NCBI GenBank assembly: GCA_963825055.1
Contig: CAWGSK010000012.1
Span: 623,056 to 687,055 of the forward strand
Direction of reading: 5' to 3'
Source: an uncultured Gemmatimonadales bacterium
Lineage (GTDB): Bacteria > Gemmatimonadota > Gemmatimonadetes > Gemmatimonadales > GWC2-71-9
DNA length: 64,000 nt
In this document: one piece after another, positions 33,311-44,125 of the stretch
How the letters are laid out: every line of letters begins with the position of its first letter
How positions within the stretch are numbered: the stretch's first letter is position 1
Translations under genes and position numbers: made by a program
The notes under the pieces: generated by a model
Database searches by the model: none
Told to the model about the DNA's origin: nothing
Seen by the model: the letters and a program-made list of their open reading frames with translations, nothing else

Positions 33311-34989
33311 TAGAACAGTCCCTCGATAGAGCCGTCGGAATTGACCCGGATCGCCTCGGCGGACGGGGTCCGCGCGAGACCGGGCATGGTCATGATGTCG
33401 CCCGCGAGCGCCACGACGAACCCGGCCCCCGCGGAGGGCGTCACGTCGCGGATGGTGATGCGGAAGCCGGTCGGGCGGCCCAGCTTCGACGGATCGTCGC
33501 TGAAACTCATCTGCGTCTTGGCGATGCAGACCGCCGTCTCGCCCAGGCCCATCGACTCGCACTGCGCGATGGACCGGTTGGCCTCCTTCGTGTAGTCCAC
33601 TCCGCCGGCGCCGTAGATCTCGCGCGCGACAGTCTCGATCTTCTCCTTGATGGGCGCCTTCGCATCATACAGCGGCGCGAAGCTCGCCGTGTCCTCCTCG
33701 AGCGCCGCCAGCACCTCCTGCGCTACCGCCTCGCCACCCTCGCCGCCCTTCGCCCAGACGTCGGAGAGGGCCGCCCGGACGCCCCAGCCCTTCGCGGCCT
33801 CAAGCACGGTGTCCAGTTCTTCCTGGCTGTCCGTGATGAAGCGGTTCAGCGCCACGATCACCGGCACGCCGAATTTCCGCACGTTGGCGACATGCGCCTC
33901 GAGGTTCACCATGCCCCGCTTCAGGGCCTCGACATCGGGTCTGGTGAGGTCCTCGAGCCTGACCCCGCCATTGTACTTGAGCGCCCTGATGGTCGCCACC
34001 ACGACGGCCGCCTCCGGGTTGAGCCCGCCGGAACGGCACTTGATGTCAAAGAATTTCTCGGCGCCCAGGTCGGCGCCGAATCCGGCCTCGGTGAGCACGA
34101 TGTCCGCGAGGCCGAGGGCGAGTTTCGTCGCCACGATGGAGTTGCAGCCGTGGGCGATGTTCCCGAACGGACCACCGTGCACCAGGGCCGGCCCGCCCTC
34201 GATGGTCTGCACGAGGTTGGGCAGGATGGCATCCTTGAGCAGCAGCGTCATCGCGCCGCTCGCCTTCAGGTCCCGCGCGGTGACCGGCCGCCTGTCCCGG
34301 GTGAGGCCGACGATGATCCGCCCCAGTCGCGCCTCGAGGTCCTCGATGTCGGTCGCCAGGCAGAGGATCGCCATGACTTCGCTGCCCGGCACGATGACGA
34401 AGCGGTCTTCCCGCGCGATGCCGCCGTTCAGCCCGCCGAGTGCGACGACGACGTGCCGCAGCGCACGGTCGTTCATGTCGATTGTGCGGGGCCACGCGAT
34501 GCGGCGCGGGTCGAGGCCCAGCGCATTCCCATGGTGCATGTGGTTGTCCAGCATCGCCGAGAGCAGGTTGTGCGCCGACGCAATGGCGTGGAAATCACCG
34601 GTGAAGTGCAGGTTGATCTCGTCCATCGGGACGATCTGGGCGTACCCGCCGCCGGCGGCTCCGCCCTTGATGCCGAATACCGGGCCGAGGGAGGGTTCAC
34701 GGATCGCCAGCAGCGCATTCTTGCCGAGGCGGCGCATGGCCATCGCCACCCCGACGAGACAGGTGCTCTTTCCCTCCCCCGCAGGCGTGGGGTTGATCCC
34801 GGTCACCAGCACCAGCCGCCCGCGGGGCTTCTTGTGCGCGGCTATGGCCTCCGGACTTATCTTCGCCTTGTAGCGCCCGTAGGGGAGGATGTCGTCGGGA
34901 CCAAGCCCCAGCTCGGCGGCTACGTCGGCGATCGGCCGCAGCGTCGCGGCCTGGGCGATTTCGATGTCGGACGGAACTTTGGTGGGCAA
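33310..34989 (-). CDS. fhs: Formate--tetrahydrofolate ligase
   Basis: SDIEIAQ, PTPAGEGKST, KGGAAGGGYAQ, HGGPFGNIAHGCNS, EAGFGADLGAEKFFDIKCR. Confidence 0.97.
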   Translation of the reverse strand: MPTKVPSDIEIAQAATLRPIADVAAELGLGPDDILPYGRYKAKISPEAIAAHKKPRGRLVLVTGINPTPAGEGKSTCLVGVAMAMRRLGKNALLAIREPSLGPVFGIKGGAAGGGYAQIVPMDEINLHFTGDFHAIASAHNLLSAMLDNHMHHGNALGLDPRRIAWPRTIDMNDRALRHVVVALGGLNGGIAREDRFVIVPGSEVMAILCLATDIEDLEARLGRIIVGLTRDRRPVTARDLKASGAMTLLLKDAILPNLVQTIEGGPALVHGGPFGNIAHGCNSIVATKLALGLADIVLTEAGFGADLGAEKFFDIKCRSGGLNPEAAVVVATIRALKYNGGVRLEDLTRPDVEALKRGMVNLEAHVANVRKFGVPVIVALNRFITDSQEELDTVLEAAKGWGVRAALSDVWAKGGEGGEAVAQEVLAALEEDTASFAPLYDAKAPIKEKIETVAREIYGAGGVDYTKEANRSIAQCESMGLGETAVCIAKTQMSFSDDPSKLGRPTGFRITIRDVTPSAGAGFVVALAGDIMTMPGLARTPSAEAIRVNSDGSIEGLF

Positions 34990-35014
34990 GGTTGGGATCC
35001 TCGGTCAAAATGAG

Positions 35015-35162
35015 CAGTCGGCAAGTAGCAAGTAGCAAGGCAGCGAGTGGCGAGTGGCGAGTAGCGAGCAGCGAGCAATAAGTCGGGGTGGCTGTCAGTA
35101 GCCGGGCGATCGTCCACCACTTGCCACTTGCCACTTGCTACTCGCTTTTCGCTATTCGCTCC
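35015..35162. repeat. Inverted pair of heptamer arrays (GCRAGTR)n / (CCACTTG, CTACTCG)n
   Basis: Between tatD and fhs; overlaps the tatD stop. Confidence 0.85.
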
Positions 35163-35911
35163 CCGAACACCCGTCGGGCATTCTCCCCGGTAATCCTGAC
35201 CATCTCCTCCGTCGAGAGGCCCCGGGCCCGGGCGAGGCAGGCGACCACCTCCGTCACGAACGCCGGCTCGTTCCGCTTTCCGCGGTGCGGCACGGGGGCA
35301 AGATAGGGGGCATCGGTCTCGACCAGAAGGCGATCGAGCGGCGGCAGGGCCAGCGCCGCCTCGTCCTTCCAGCTTTTGAACGTGATCATCCCGCTGAAGC
35401 TCACGTAGTGCCCGAGCGTGAGTCCGGTCTCGAGCAGTGACGGCCCGGAACTGAAGGAATGCAGGATGGCGAGGGTTTCCGGGTGGGCCCGGAGGGCGGC
35501 CGAGACGTCGTCGTCGGCTTCCCGCGCGTGGATCACCGCCGGTTTGCGCGCCGCAGCGGCCATCTCGAGCTGCCGGTCGAACACGCGGCGCTGGACGTCG
35601 CGGGGGGAGTGGTCGTAGTGGTAGTCCAGGCCCATCTCGCCGGCGGCGACGATGCGCGGGTCGCCCAGCGTCTCCTCGAGCCAGTCTTCCGTCGCCTCGT
35701 CCCAGCCCGAGGCGTCGTGCGGGTGGATGCCGGCGGTGGCGGAGACGCGCCGGTGACTCCCGGCGAGTTCCAGCGCGGTGGCGGCTGCCTCCCGCGACTC
35801 CCCGATAACGACAACGTGCCCGACCCCGGCCTCCAGGGCCCGGGCGAGCACGTCGTCCCGGTCAGCCGAGAACGCCCCGGCTGCCAGGTGGCAGTGGGAG
35901 TCGACCAGCAC
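35138..35911 (-). CDS. tatD: TatD family hydrolase
   Basis: DSHCHL, GIHPH, GEMGLDYHY, LLVETDAPYLAP, RNEP. Confidence 0.95.
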   Translation of the reverse strand: MLVDSHCHLAAGAFSADRDDVLARALEAGVGHVVVIGESREAAATALELAGSHRRVSATAGIHPHDASGWDEATEDWLEETLGDPRIVAAGEMGLDYHYDHSPRDVQRRVFDRQLEMAAAARKPAVIHAREADDDVSAALRAHPETLAILHSFSSGPSLLETGLTLGHYVSFSGMITFKSWKDEAALALPPLDRLLVETDAPYLAPVPHRGKRNEPAFVTEVVACLARARGLSTEEMVRITGENARRVFGERIAKSE

Positions 35912-36889
35912 TCAGGCGACCGGCTGTGCCTTGCGGCCTCCCTGCCGGGGCGTGGCCTTCCGCACCCCGTGCACGTCGGCGCCGGGCCACTTCTGCTCGA
36001 TCCACATCAGCACCGGCGAGGCGATGAAGATGGACGAAAACGTGCCCGTGAAGACGCCGAAGAGCATGACCAGGGCGAACGGCCGGATCACCTCGCCGCC
36101 GAAAATGGTCAGCGCCGTCAGCGTGGCCAGGGTCGTGCCGTGGGTCAGCACGCTCCGCGGGAGCGTCTCGTTGATCGAACGGTTCAGGATGTCCACGAAC
36201 GTCTCGCGCTTGAGCTTGTGGAGGTTTTCCCGGACCCGGTCGAAGATGATGATCGTATCGTTCAGCGAGTACCCGACCATCGACAGCACCGCCGCCACCA
36301 CGACCAGGCTCACCTCGAGGTGCATCACGCTGATGAACGCGATCGTGGCGATGATGTCGTGCGCGGTGGCCAGCACGGCCGCCAGGCCGAAGCGCCACTC
36401 GAACCGGTAGGCGAGGTAGGCCAGCACGGCGAAGAACGACAGGAAGATGGCCAGGAAGGCCTTCTGCTGGAGTTCCGCGCCGACCTTCGGACTCACCGCC
36501 TCTGCCCGGTCGATCGAGAACGTCACCGCGCTTCCCAGGGTGCCGGAGAGGGCTTCGGTCACCGCGCCCTTGGCGGCCTGGGTGTCATTCGGGTCGATCC
36601 CCGCGCGGGTGATCCGGGCGCGGATGGTGTATTCCCGGTCGCTGCCGAAGCGCTGGATTTCGGCGCCGTGGATGCCCGCCTGGTCCAGCCCGCTCCGCAG
36701 CGCCGACACGTCCACCGGCGCGCTGGTCTGGATCTGGACCAGGGTGCCGCCGGTGAACTCGATGCTGTAGTTGAGCCCGCCAATCACCAGGAAGATGAGG
36801 CCCGGCACCACCACGAGCACCGTGGCCCAGATCGCCTTCCAGCGGTAGGCGATGAAGTCGTATTTCGCGTGGGCGAAGAGTCTCAGCAT
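35912..36889 (-). CDS. secF: Protein translocase subunit SecF
   Basis: IEFTGGT, RFEWRFG, GYSLNDTIIIFDRVREN. Confidence 0.96.
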   Translation of the reverse strand: MLRLFAHAKYDFIAYRWKAIWATVLVVVPGLIFLVIGGLNYSIEFTGGTLVQIQTSAPVDVSALRSGLDQAGIHGAEIQRFGSDREYTIRARITRAGIDPNDTQAAKGAVTEALSGTLGSAVTFSIDRAEAVSPKVGAELQQKAFLAIFLSFFAVLAYLAYRFEWRFGLAAVLATAHDIIATIAFISVMHLEVSLVVVAAVLSMVGYSLNDTIIIFDRVRENLHKLKRETFVDILNRSINETLPRSVLTHGTTLATLTALTIFGGEVIRPFALVMLFGVFTGTFSSIFIASPVLMWIEQKWPGADVHGVRKATPRQGGRKAQPVA

Positions 36890-36891
36890 GG

Positions 36892-38580
36892 TCAGATACT
36901 CAGCGTGGACATGGCCGGACGGCGGTCGAGCCAGATCATGAAGAAGGTCCGGGTCACGAAGATGGCCGTGATCATGGAGGCGATGATGCCCATGATGAGC
37001 GTCACCGCGAAGCCCTTGACCGGCCCGGTGCCGAACTGGAAGAGGAACAGCGCGGTGAGCACGGTGCTGACGTTGGAGTCGATGATGGCGCTCATCGCGT
37101 GGCGGAAGCCCTCATCCACGCTCAGGCGCACCGTCTTGCCCAGGAGGAGTTCCTCCCGGATCCGCTCGAAGATCAGCACGTTGGCGTCCACCGCGATGCC
37201 GATCGACAGCACCAGGCCCGCCAGCCCCGGCAGGGTGAGGGTCGCGTCGATCATCGCGAGGCCGCCCATGGCAAAGAGCACGTAGAGGGCCAGCGCCAGG
37301 ATCGCCAGCAGGCCCGACAGGCGGTAATAGCCGGCCATGATCACGATTACGAGCAGCATGCCCACGATGCCCGCCGTGAGGCCCGCCCGGATCGAGTCGG
37401 CGCCGAGGCTCGGCCCCACCTGCCGCTCGTCAACGATCTTGAGCGGGATCGGCAGCGCGCCGGCCTTGAGCGTGAGGGCCAGGTCCTGCGCCTCCTGGAT
37501 CGGCCGGCTGCCGAGCGTGATCTGCCCGTTCCGGGTGATCTGGCTCTGGATGATCGGCGGCCGCCCCTGGACCCGGCCGTCCAGCAGGATGGCCATGTAG
37601 TCGCCGACGTGCGCCGCGGTCTCGCGGCCGAACTGCCGGCCGCCCGCCCGGTCGAGCTGGAACGTGACGACGGAGCCCTGCGTGGTCTGGTCCAGCGACG
37701 CCTGCGCGTCCACCAGCCGCTCACCGGTGATGATCGGCTTGTCCTCCAGCGCGTAGAGCAGACGGTAGGACTGCGTGCCCGCCACCTGTGACTGGCTCAG
37801 CCAGCGGAAGGTGATGCCGCGCGGGATGAGCCGCTGGATCTCCGGCAGGCTCAGGATGCTGTCCACCCTGGGCCAGGCGCCTTCCGGCACGACGAACTCG
37901 CCGGGAATGGGGGCGAAGCCGGCCTCGCTGCTCGGCCGCACCAGGCTCTCCAGCACGCCGCCCGTGGCAAGGGTCGTGGTGTCACCCGCCGCGGCCGAAT
38001 CGCCGGGCGCCGCGGTGCTGTCAGTGCCGGCGCTGTCCGAGGCGGAATCGCCCTGGAGGAGCTGCTGGACGGCCGAGGGCGCGGACGGTGCCGCGCCGGG
38101 GCCCGCGGTAATCCCGAGCCGCCGCGCGACGCGGTCCATGGCGGGGAGGGCCCGCTCGAACTGGCCCGACTTGTCCGTGATCATGAACTCGAGGAAGGCA
38201 GCCCGCTGCACGATGCCCTTGGCGCGGTCCGGGTCGCTCTGGCCCGCGAGCTCGACGATGATCCGGTTGTCACCCACCTGCTGGATGAGCGGCTCGGTGA
38301 CACCGAACTCGTCAATCCGCTTCCGGAGCACGGTGAGGGCGAGGCCCAGGTCGCGCTTCTTGTCGGTGCTGACGCGTTTCGACTCGTCGAGCTCGAGCGC
38401 CAGGTGCATGCCGCCCTGGAGGTCGAGGCCGAGCGACGGATGGTAGACGGTATCGGTCACCTCGACCGACCGGCCGTCAATCACCTGCGTCCGCTGCACG
38501 GTGCTCGGGATGAGCTGCCAGATGGAGATCGCGGCCAGCACCGCGATCAGGATGAGTCGGGATCGGATGGAAGCAAACAT
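36892..38580 (-). CDS. secD: Protein translocase subunit SecD
   Basis: LGLDLQGG, LKAGALP, VGPSLG, AVDANVLIFERIREE. Confidence 0.96.
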   Translation of the reverse strand: MFASIRSRLILIAVLAAISIWQLIPSTVQRTQVIDGRSVEVTDTVYHPSLGLDLQGGMHLALELDESKRVSTDKKRDLGLALTVLRKRIDEFGVTEPLIQQVGDNRIIVELAGQSDPDRAKGIVQRAAFLEFMITDKSGQFERALPAMDRVARRLGITAGPGAAPSAPSAVQQLLQGDSASDSAGTDSTAAPGDSAAAGDTTTLATGGVLESLVRPSSEAGFAPIPGEFVVPEGAWPRVDSILSLPEIQRLIPRGITFRWLSQSQVAGTQSYRLLYALEDKPIITGERLVDAQASLDQTTQGSVVTFQLDRAGGRQFGRETAAHVGDYMAILLDGRVQGRPPIIQSQITRNGQITLGSRPIQEAQDLALTLKAGALPIPLKIVDERQVGPSLGADSIRAGLTAGIVGMLLVIVIMAGYYRLSGLLAILALALYVLFAMGGLAMIDATLTLPGLAGLVLSIGIAVDANVLIFERIREELLLGKTVRLSVDEGFRHAMSAIIDSNVSTVLTALFLFQFGTGPVKGFAVTLIMGIIASMITAIFVTRTFFMIWLDRRPAMSTLSI

Positions 38581-38610
38581 GTCGTGAAGCCTGGCCTTGC
38601 CTTCCTGGGG

Positions 38611-39537
38611 TTAGATCCGGCCGCTCGCGGCGAGCTGCCGCCGGGCGACCGCCTGGTCCTGCGCGAGCTGCTCCCGCAGCCCATCCACCGAATCGAACCG
38701 CCGCGTATCCCGGATGCGGTCGACCCATTCCAGCCGGACCCACGCGTCGTACAGGTCCGCGTCCACGTCGAACAGGTGCGCCTCGATGGTCCGGCCGCCG
38801 TCGGCGAACGTGGGCCGGGTGCCCTGGTTCAGCATGCCACCCGCGCGCCCGCCATGCCACTCCACCACCACGCTGTACACCCCGTCCGGCGGCAGGAGCT
38901 TGTCCGCCGGCACGTCACCAAGGTTGATGGTCGGGATCCCGATCGTGCGGCCCCGCCCCGCCCCGCGCACCACTCGTCCGCTGACCGAATACGGCCGGCC
39001 CAGCAACTGCCGCGCGGTGGCGAGGTCACCGCCCGTAACCGCCCGGCGGATCTGCGTACTGCTCACGGGGTGGCTGCCCACCTCCACCGGCCCGACCACG
39101 TCCACCCCGAAGCCGTCCTCGGCGCCGAGCTGGCGCAGCGTGTCCACGTCCCCGCTCCGGCCGCGGCCGAACCCGTGATCGTACCCGATCACCAGCTCCC
39201 GCATGTCGAACCGCCCGCGCAGCACCTCGCGCACGAACCGGTCCGGCGTCATGGCCGCGAGCGCCCGGTCGAAGCGGAGGAACACGACGTGGTCGAGTTC
39301 CGTCTGCGCCAGGACCTCGCGCCGTTCCGCAGCCGTCGTGAGCAGCGGTGGCGCCGCCGCCGGATTCACCACCTCGAGCGGATGGGGCTCGAAGGTCACG
39401 AGGAGGCTCCGCCGCCCGGCCGCGCGGGCCCGCGAGGCGATCTCGTCCAGCACCACGCGGTGCCCCGGGTGGACCCCGTCGAAGGTGCCGACGGTGACCG
39501 TGGCCCCTTCCGGATGGGGGCCGAAGGCGCCGCTCAT
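38611..39537 (-). CDS. ribF: Bifunctional riboflavin kinase / FAD synthetase
   Basis: [40 protein letters not shown]. Confidence 0.95.
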   Translation of the reverse strand: MSGAFGPHPEGATVTVGTFDGVHPGHRVVLDEIASRARAAGRRSLLVTFEPHPLEVVNPAAAPPLLTTAAERREVLAQTELDHVVFLRFDRALAAMTPDRFVREVLRGRFDMRELVIGYDHGFGRGRSGDVDTLRQLGAEDGFGVDVVGPVEVGSHPVSSTQIRRAVTGGDLATARQLLGRPYSVSGRVVRGAGRGRTIGIPTINLGDVPADKLLPPDGVYSVVVEWHGGRAGGMLNQGTRPTFADGGRTIEAHLFDVDADLYDAWVRLEWVDRIRDTRRFDSVDGLREQLAQDQAVARRQLAASGRI

Positions 39538-40395
39538 GCCGGGACCAGCACCACCACCGGCTGGAGCCAGCCGTCCTCGCCCGCCGTCGCGACCGCCGCG
39601 ACCGATTCGCCGTCCCGCAGGATGACGGTGCCATCCGTGCCGGGGCGCCGGATCGGCCGCCCGTGGCCGACCGCGTCCCGCTCCTCCGACTCGAGCTGGA
39701 GCTGCGGCAGGTGGTCGAGCACCGTGTGCGCGGGGCGCACATCGCCAGGGTCCAGGTCCTCGAGCGCCACGGCATCCTCCACCCGGAGCGAACCGATCGC
39801 CTCGCGGCGGAGCGCCGTCAGGTGCGCGCCGGTGCCCAGCGCCTCGCCCAGGTCCCGTGCGATGGCCCGGATGTAGGTCCCGGCGCTCACCGCGGCCCGG
39901 AAGTCCACCTCGTCGCCCCGGCGCTCCAGCAGCTCCAGCGCGTGGATCGTCACCGGGACCTCCGGCAGTGTGACCGTCTCGCCCCGCCGCGCCAGGCGGT
40001 AGCTCCGCACACCCCCCACCTTCTTGGCGCTGAACTCCGGCGGGCGCTGCGGGTGGGTGCCCAGCATCCGCTGACATGGCACCTGTCAGCGCCGCATCGT
40101 CCACCCCGGCCACCGCCTCCGCCCGTGCAGGCTCGCCTGACGGCGAGCCCGTGGAGTCGTCGGTCGTCGTGGCCACTCCCAGCCGCATCGTGGCCCGGTA
40201 CACCTTGGGCTCCTGGGGTGCGAAGCGCGCCAGCCGCGTCGCGCGGCCGAGGAGCACCACCAGCAGCCCGGATGCGAAGGGGTCGAGCGTACCGGTATGC
40301 CCCGCGGAGCGCTCACCCGTTGCCCGCCTGACCCGCGTGACCACGTCGTGCGAGGTCGGTCCGGCGGGCTTGTCGACCAGGACCACCCCCGTCAG
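39534..40395 (-). CDS. truB: tRNA pseudouridine(55) synthase, split by a 1-nt frameshift near 40075
   Basis: [13 protein letters not shown] and [12 protein letters not shown] in one frame; [10 protein letters not shown] and [14 protein letters not shown] in another. Confidence 0.9.
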
Positions 40396-40760
40396 CCGTC
40401 CCCCTCGTCGGTCTTGAGGTCGGCGAGGATCTGGTTGATCCTGGCGGCCTGCTCCAGCCCGCGGTCCAGTTCGAACCTGAGTTCGGGGACGATCCGGGTC
40501 GACAGCGAACGGCCGACCTTCGTGCGGAGGAACCCGGTGGCGCTCTGCAGCCCCTCGAGGGCGCGCATCTTCTCGTCCTCGTCGCCCATGACGCTCACCA
40601 TGACCCGGGCGGAGGAGAGATCGCCCGTCACCTCGACCCCTGTCACGGTGACGAACCCGACCCGCGGATCCCGCACCTCGCGGGTCAGCGCGTCGGCCAC
40701 CACCTGCCGGATGGTCTCCCCCACCTGTTCGGGCCGGTGCGACCCGCCGCGTCCCCTCAT
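40392..40760 (-). CDS. rbfA: Ribosome-binding factor A
   Basis: [26 protein letters not shown]; position after infB. Confidence 0.95.
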   Translation of the reverse strand: MRGRGGSHRPEQVGETIRQVVADALTREVRDPRVGFVTVTGVEVTGDLSSARVMVSVMGDEDEKMRALEGLQSATGFLRTKVGRSLSTRIVPELRFELDRGLEQAARINQILADLKTDEGDG

Positions 40761-41038
40761 AGGAAAGCTTCCTCTGTCCCGATGATGCGGACCCCGTCCG
40801 CGTCTTCGACCTTCCGGTCCGCGCGACGCAGGATGCCCTGCACCGCCGTGCGGTCACTCCCGATCGCCGCGCAGGCGACTTCCGCCCGCTGCCAGGTGTC
40901 CTGCTGCCCTGTCTCGGCGACCGTCACGTTCAGGTCGCGCCGGAGGCCCGCCTTGAGCGACTGCAGGATGCCCCGCTTCTCCTTCAGCGAATGGCAGCCG
41001 GGCAGCTGGAGGTCCCACGCCCGGACACCCACCACCAC
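40757..41038 (-). CDS. DUF503 (YlxP) family protein
   Basis: [19 protein letters not shown]; between infB and rbfA. Confidence 0.9.
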   Translation of the reverse strand: MVVGVRAWDLQLPGCHSLKEKRGILQSLKAGLRRDLNVTVAETGQQDTWQRAEVACAAIGSDRTAVQGILRRADRKVEDADGVRIIGTEEAFL

Positions 41039-41048
41039 GTTCCCGCCC

Positions 41049-43808
41049 TCAGACCGCGCCGGACGAGGCGCTGGCCTCCAGCGTGCGCTTCACTTCCTCG
41101 GTCCGGTAAGCCTCGATCACGTCGCCGACCTTGAGGTCGTTGTAGTTCTCGATGGCGATGCCGCACTCGAGGCCCTCGCGGACTTCCTTGACGTCGTCCT
41201 TGAAGCGCTTGAGGCTCGAGAGGTTGCCGGCATACACCTCGACACCGTCCCGCAGCACGCGCGCCTTCGCGGTCCGGGAGATGGTGCCGCTCGTCACCTG
41301 GCAGCCGGCGATGGTACCGACCCGGCTCACCTTGAAGAGCTGCAGCACCTTCGCCTCGCCCAGCACCGTCTCGCGCTCTTCCGGCTTGAGCAGGCCCTCG
41401 AGGGCGTTGCGCACGTCCTCGACCGCCTCGTAGATGACGCGGTAGGTGCGGATGTCCACCTGCTCGCGCTCCGCGGCCGCCCGGGCGTTGCTGTCGGGAC
41501 GGACGTGGAAGCCGAGGATCATGGCTCCCGATGCCTTGGCGAGCAGGATGTCGCTCTCGCTGATGGCACCGACGCCCCGGTGGACGACGTCCACCTTGAC
41601 CTCGGAGGTACCGAGCTGGGCGAGCGCGTCGGCCAGGGCCTCGGCGGGACCGCCCTGGTCGGCCTTGATGATGAGCCGGAGGTTGGCGACCTCGCCTTCC
41701 TGCAGGGCGCGGCTCAGGTCCTCCAGCGTGCCGGCGCGGGCGGTGCGGCGGTTCTGCGCCTCCCGCTCCAGCCGCTGGCGCTTCTGGGCGATCCCGCGCG
41801 CCTCGTTGGCGTCCGTGACCACGGAGAAGTTGTCGCCCGCCGCCGGAACGCCGTCGAAGCCCAGGATCTGGACCGGGATGGACGGGCCGGCCTCCTTCAC
41901 GGTCTTGCCGCGCTCGTCGAACATCGCGCGGACGCGGCCGCTGTACATGCCGCAGATGAAGTCGTCGCCGACTTTGAGGTTGCCGCGCTGCACCAGGATG
42001 GTGGCCAGCGGGCCCTTGCCCGGGTCAAGCGTCGCCTCGAGGACCGTGCCCTGCGCCGTGCGGTCGGGATTGGCCTTCAGGTCAAGGATTTCGGCCTGGA
42101 GCAGTACCTGGTCCAGCAGCTGGTCCACCCCGGTGCCCTTCTTGGCGGAAATCGGGGTCGCCAGCACGTTGCCGCCGAACTCCTCGAGCACGACGCTGTG
42201 CTGGAGGAGGTCCTGCTTGACCTTGTCGACGTTGGCGCTCGGCAGGTCGATCTTGTTGATCGCCACCACCATCGGCACGCCGGCATTCTTTGCGTGGCTG
42301 ATCGCCTCGATGGTCTGCGGCATGACCTGGTCGTCCGCCGCCACCACCAGCACGACGATGTCCGTCACCTGCGCGCCGCGGGCCCGCATGGCGGTGAAGG
42401 CCTGGTGACCCGGGGTGTCCAGGAAGGTCATCGTCTTCCCGTTCGGCAGCTCGACGTGGTACGCGCCGATGTGCTGCGTGATGCCGCCGGCCTCACCCGC
42501 GACGATGTTCTCCTTGCGGATGTAATCGAGGAGCGAGGTCTTGCCGTGGTCCACGTGGCCCATGATGGTGACGACGGGCGAGCGCGGTGCGAGATCCTCC
42601 TCGGCGTCCGGCGTCTCCTGGTCCTCCACGTCCATCTGGTACTCGGTCTCGCGGAGCGCCTCGAAGCCGAACGCCGAGGCGATCAGCTCGATCTGGTCGA
42701 AGTCGAGCCGCTGGTTCACCGTCACCATCAGGCCCAGTTCCTTGAACGCGAACTGGACGATCTGGGTCGCGGAGACCTTCATCGTGTCGGCGAGCTCGGA
42801 GACGGACACGAACTCGTTCACGTGAATCAGCGTCTTCTCGCGTTCCCGCTCCTCCGCCGCCTTGCCGGCCTGCACTTCCCGATAGCTCGGCTCGTCGCTC
42901 CGGCCGCGGCCCTTGCGGCCACCGCTGCCGCCCCGCATGCCCTGGAGGGTCTTCATGATGTTCGCCTGCACCTGGTCCTGGTCCACCGAGGCCCTCCGGC
43001 CCTTGCGACCCTTGCGCCGCCCGGCCCCGCGCTCGGCATCGGGGCCAAAGCGGTTCTCGCGGGTGGGCGCGCCGCTGCTGCTGAAGACCGGCTTCGGCCC
43101 GCTCCGGGGCGCACCCGGGCCGGCCGCGGGACGTACGCCGGCGGCGGGACGCTGGATCTTCTTCGGGATGAACGGCTGCCTGGCCGGGCTGGACGGACGC
43201 GACGGTGCCGCGGGCGCCTGCTCGGCGGCCGGGGTGTCCGCGTCAGCATCCAGGGACGCGGCGGCTTCGGCGGGCGCCTCGGCTTCCGCCTCTTCCTCCT
43301 GGTCAGCGGGCGGCAGGTCCTTGAACAGGGCGCGGGCGCGCTCTTCAATACTCGCAGCGGTGCGCGACACTTCCGGCTCGGCGGCCTCGATCGCGGCTTC
43401 GCGCTCGAGTTCCATCGCCAGGGCCTCGGCCTCTTCCTCGGCCCGGACGCGCGCTTCCGCCTCGGCCACTTCGGCCGCGGTGCGGCGCCGGCGGGCGGGC
43501 TTGGGCGGCGCGGGCGGCGCCTCCGGTTCGGCCTTCTTGCGCCGGGTGGTGGTCTTCCTGGCTGTCTTGGTCGCCTTGGCGGTCTTCTCCTTGGTCGTGC
43601 GGGCGGTCCGGCGCCCCTTCTTCGGGGCGGTCTCGCTGCCCTTGCGCTTCTCGCGCTCCCAGCGCAGCCGGGCCTTGGCCACCTGGTCGGATTCCAGCGC
43701 CGACAGGTGGGACCGGACAAAGATGTTCATGTCCCGGAGCATCGTCAGGAGACGCTCCGATTCAATCCCGAATTCCGCCGCGAGTTCATGCACTCTGGTC
43801 TTGACCAC
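41049..43808 (-). CDS. infB: Translation initiation factor IF-2
   Basis: [43 protein letters not shown]. Confidence 0.98.
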   Translation of the reverse strand: MVKTRVHELAAEFGIESERLLTMLRDMNIFVRSHLSALESDQVAKARLRWEREKRKGSETAPKKGRRTARTTKEKTAKATKTARKTTTRRKKAEPEAPPAPPKPARRRRTAAEVAEAEARVRAEEEAEALAMELEREAAIEAAEPEVSRTAASIEERARALFKDLPPADQEEEAEAEAPAEAAASLDADADTPAAEQAPAAPSRPSSPARQPFIPKKIQRPAAGVRPAAGPGAPRSGPKPVFSSSGAPTRENRFGPDAERGAGRRKGRKGRRASVDQDQVQANIMKTLQGMRGGSGGRKGRGRSDEPSYREVQAGKAAEEREREKTLIHVNEFVSVSELADTMKVSATQIVQFAFKELGLMVTVNQRLDFDQIELIASAFGFEALRETEYQMDVEDQETPDAEEDLAPRSPVVTIMGHVDHGKTSLLDYIRKENIVAGEAGGITQHIGAYHVELPNGKTMTFLDTPGHQAFTAMRARGAQVTDIVVLVVAADDQVMPQTIEAISHAKNAGVPMVVAINKIDLPSANVDKVKQDLLQHSVVLEEFGGNVLATPISAKKGTGVDQLLDQVLLQAEILDLKANPDRTAQGTVLEATLDPGKGPLATILVQRGNLKVGDDFICGMYSGRVRAMFDERGKTVKEAGPSIPVQILGFDGVPAAGDNFSVVTDANEARGIAQKRQRLEREAQNRRTARAGTLEDLSRALQEGEVANLRLIIKADQGGPAEALADALAQLGTSEVKVDVVHRGVGAISESDILLAKASGAMILGFHVRPDSNARAAAEREQVDIRTYRVIYEAVEDVRNALEGLLKPEERETVLGEAKVLQLFKVSRVGTIAGCQVTSGTISRTAKARVLRDGVEVYAGNLSSLKRFKDDVKEVREGLECGIAIENYNDLKVGDVIEAYRTEEVKRTLEASASSGAV

Positions 43809-43828
43809 TCACTCCTCCATCACGGACT

Positions 43829-44125
43829 TCACGACACCGCGCGTTGGATGCCGTCTGCCAGGGCACGGTCCCGCACCCCGGCCGCCATCACCGGGGGCCG
43901 GCCCAGTCGCGCGCCGATCTCGTCGGCCTCCGGCCCCCGTACCACGAGCACCTGCCTGGCCCGCGCCAGGCGCTCCACTTTTTCCATCGCGCGCGGGCTG
44001 GCGTCGGACGCCATGACCACGCATGCGAACTCGTCCCGCTGCAATCCGCGCCGCACCGCCTCGACCCCGACGGCAACACCGCCGGAACGCAGGCCCAGCC
44101 CGAGCAGGCCCAGCAGCCGGCTCAT
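43829..44125 (-). CDS. L7Ae/YlxQ family RNA-binding protein
   Basis: LLGLLGLGLRSG, ASDAS, IGARLGR; between nusA and infB. Confidence 0.85.
   Translation of the reverse strand: MSRLLGLLGLGLRSGGVAVGVEAVRRGLQRDEFACVVMASDASPRAMEKVERLARARQVLVVRGPEADEIGARLGRPPVMAAGVRDRALADGIQRAVS

Noticed and set aside
38611..40857. 748 aa TruB-RibF fusion
   Set aside because: Produced by the truB frameshift; ribF has its own ATG at 39537 overlapping the truB stop
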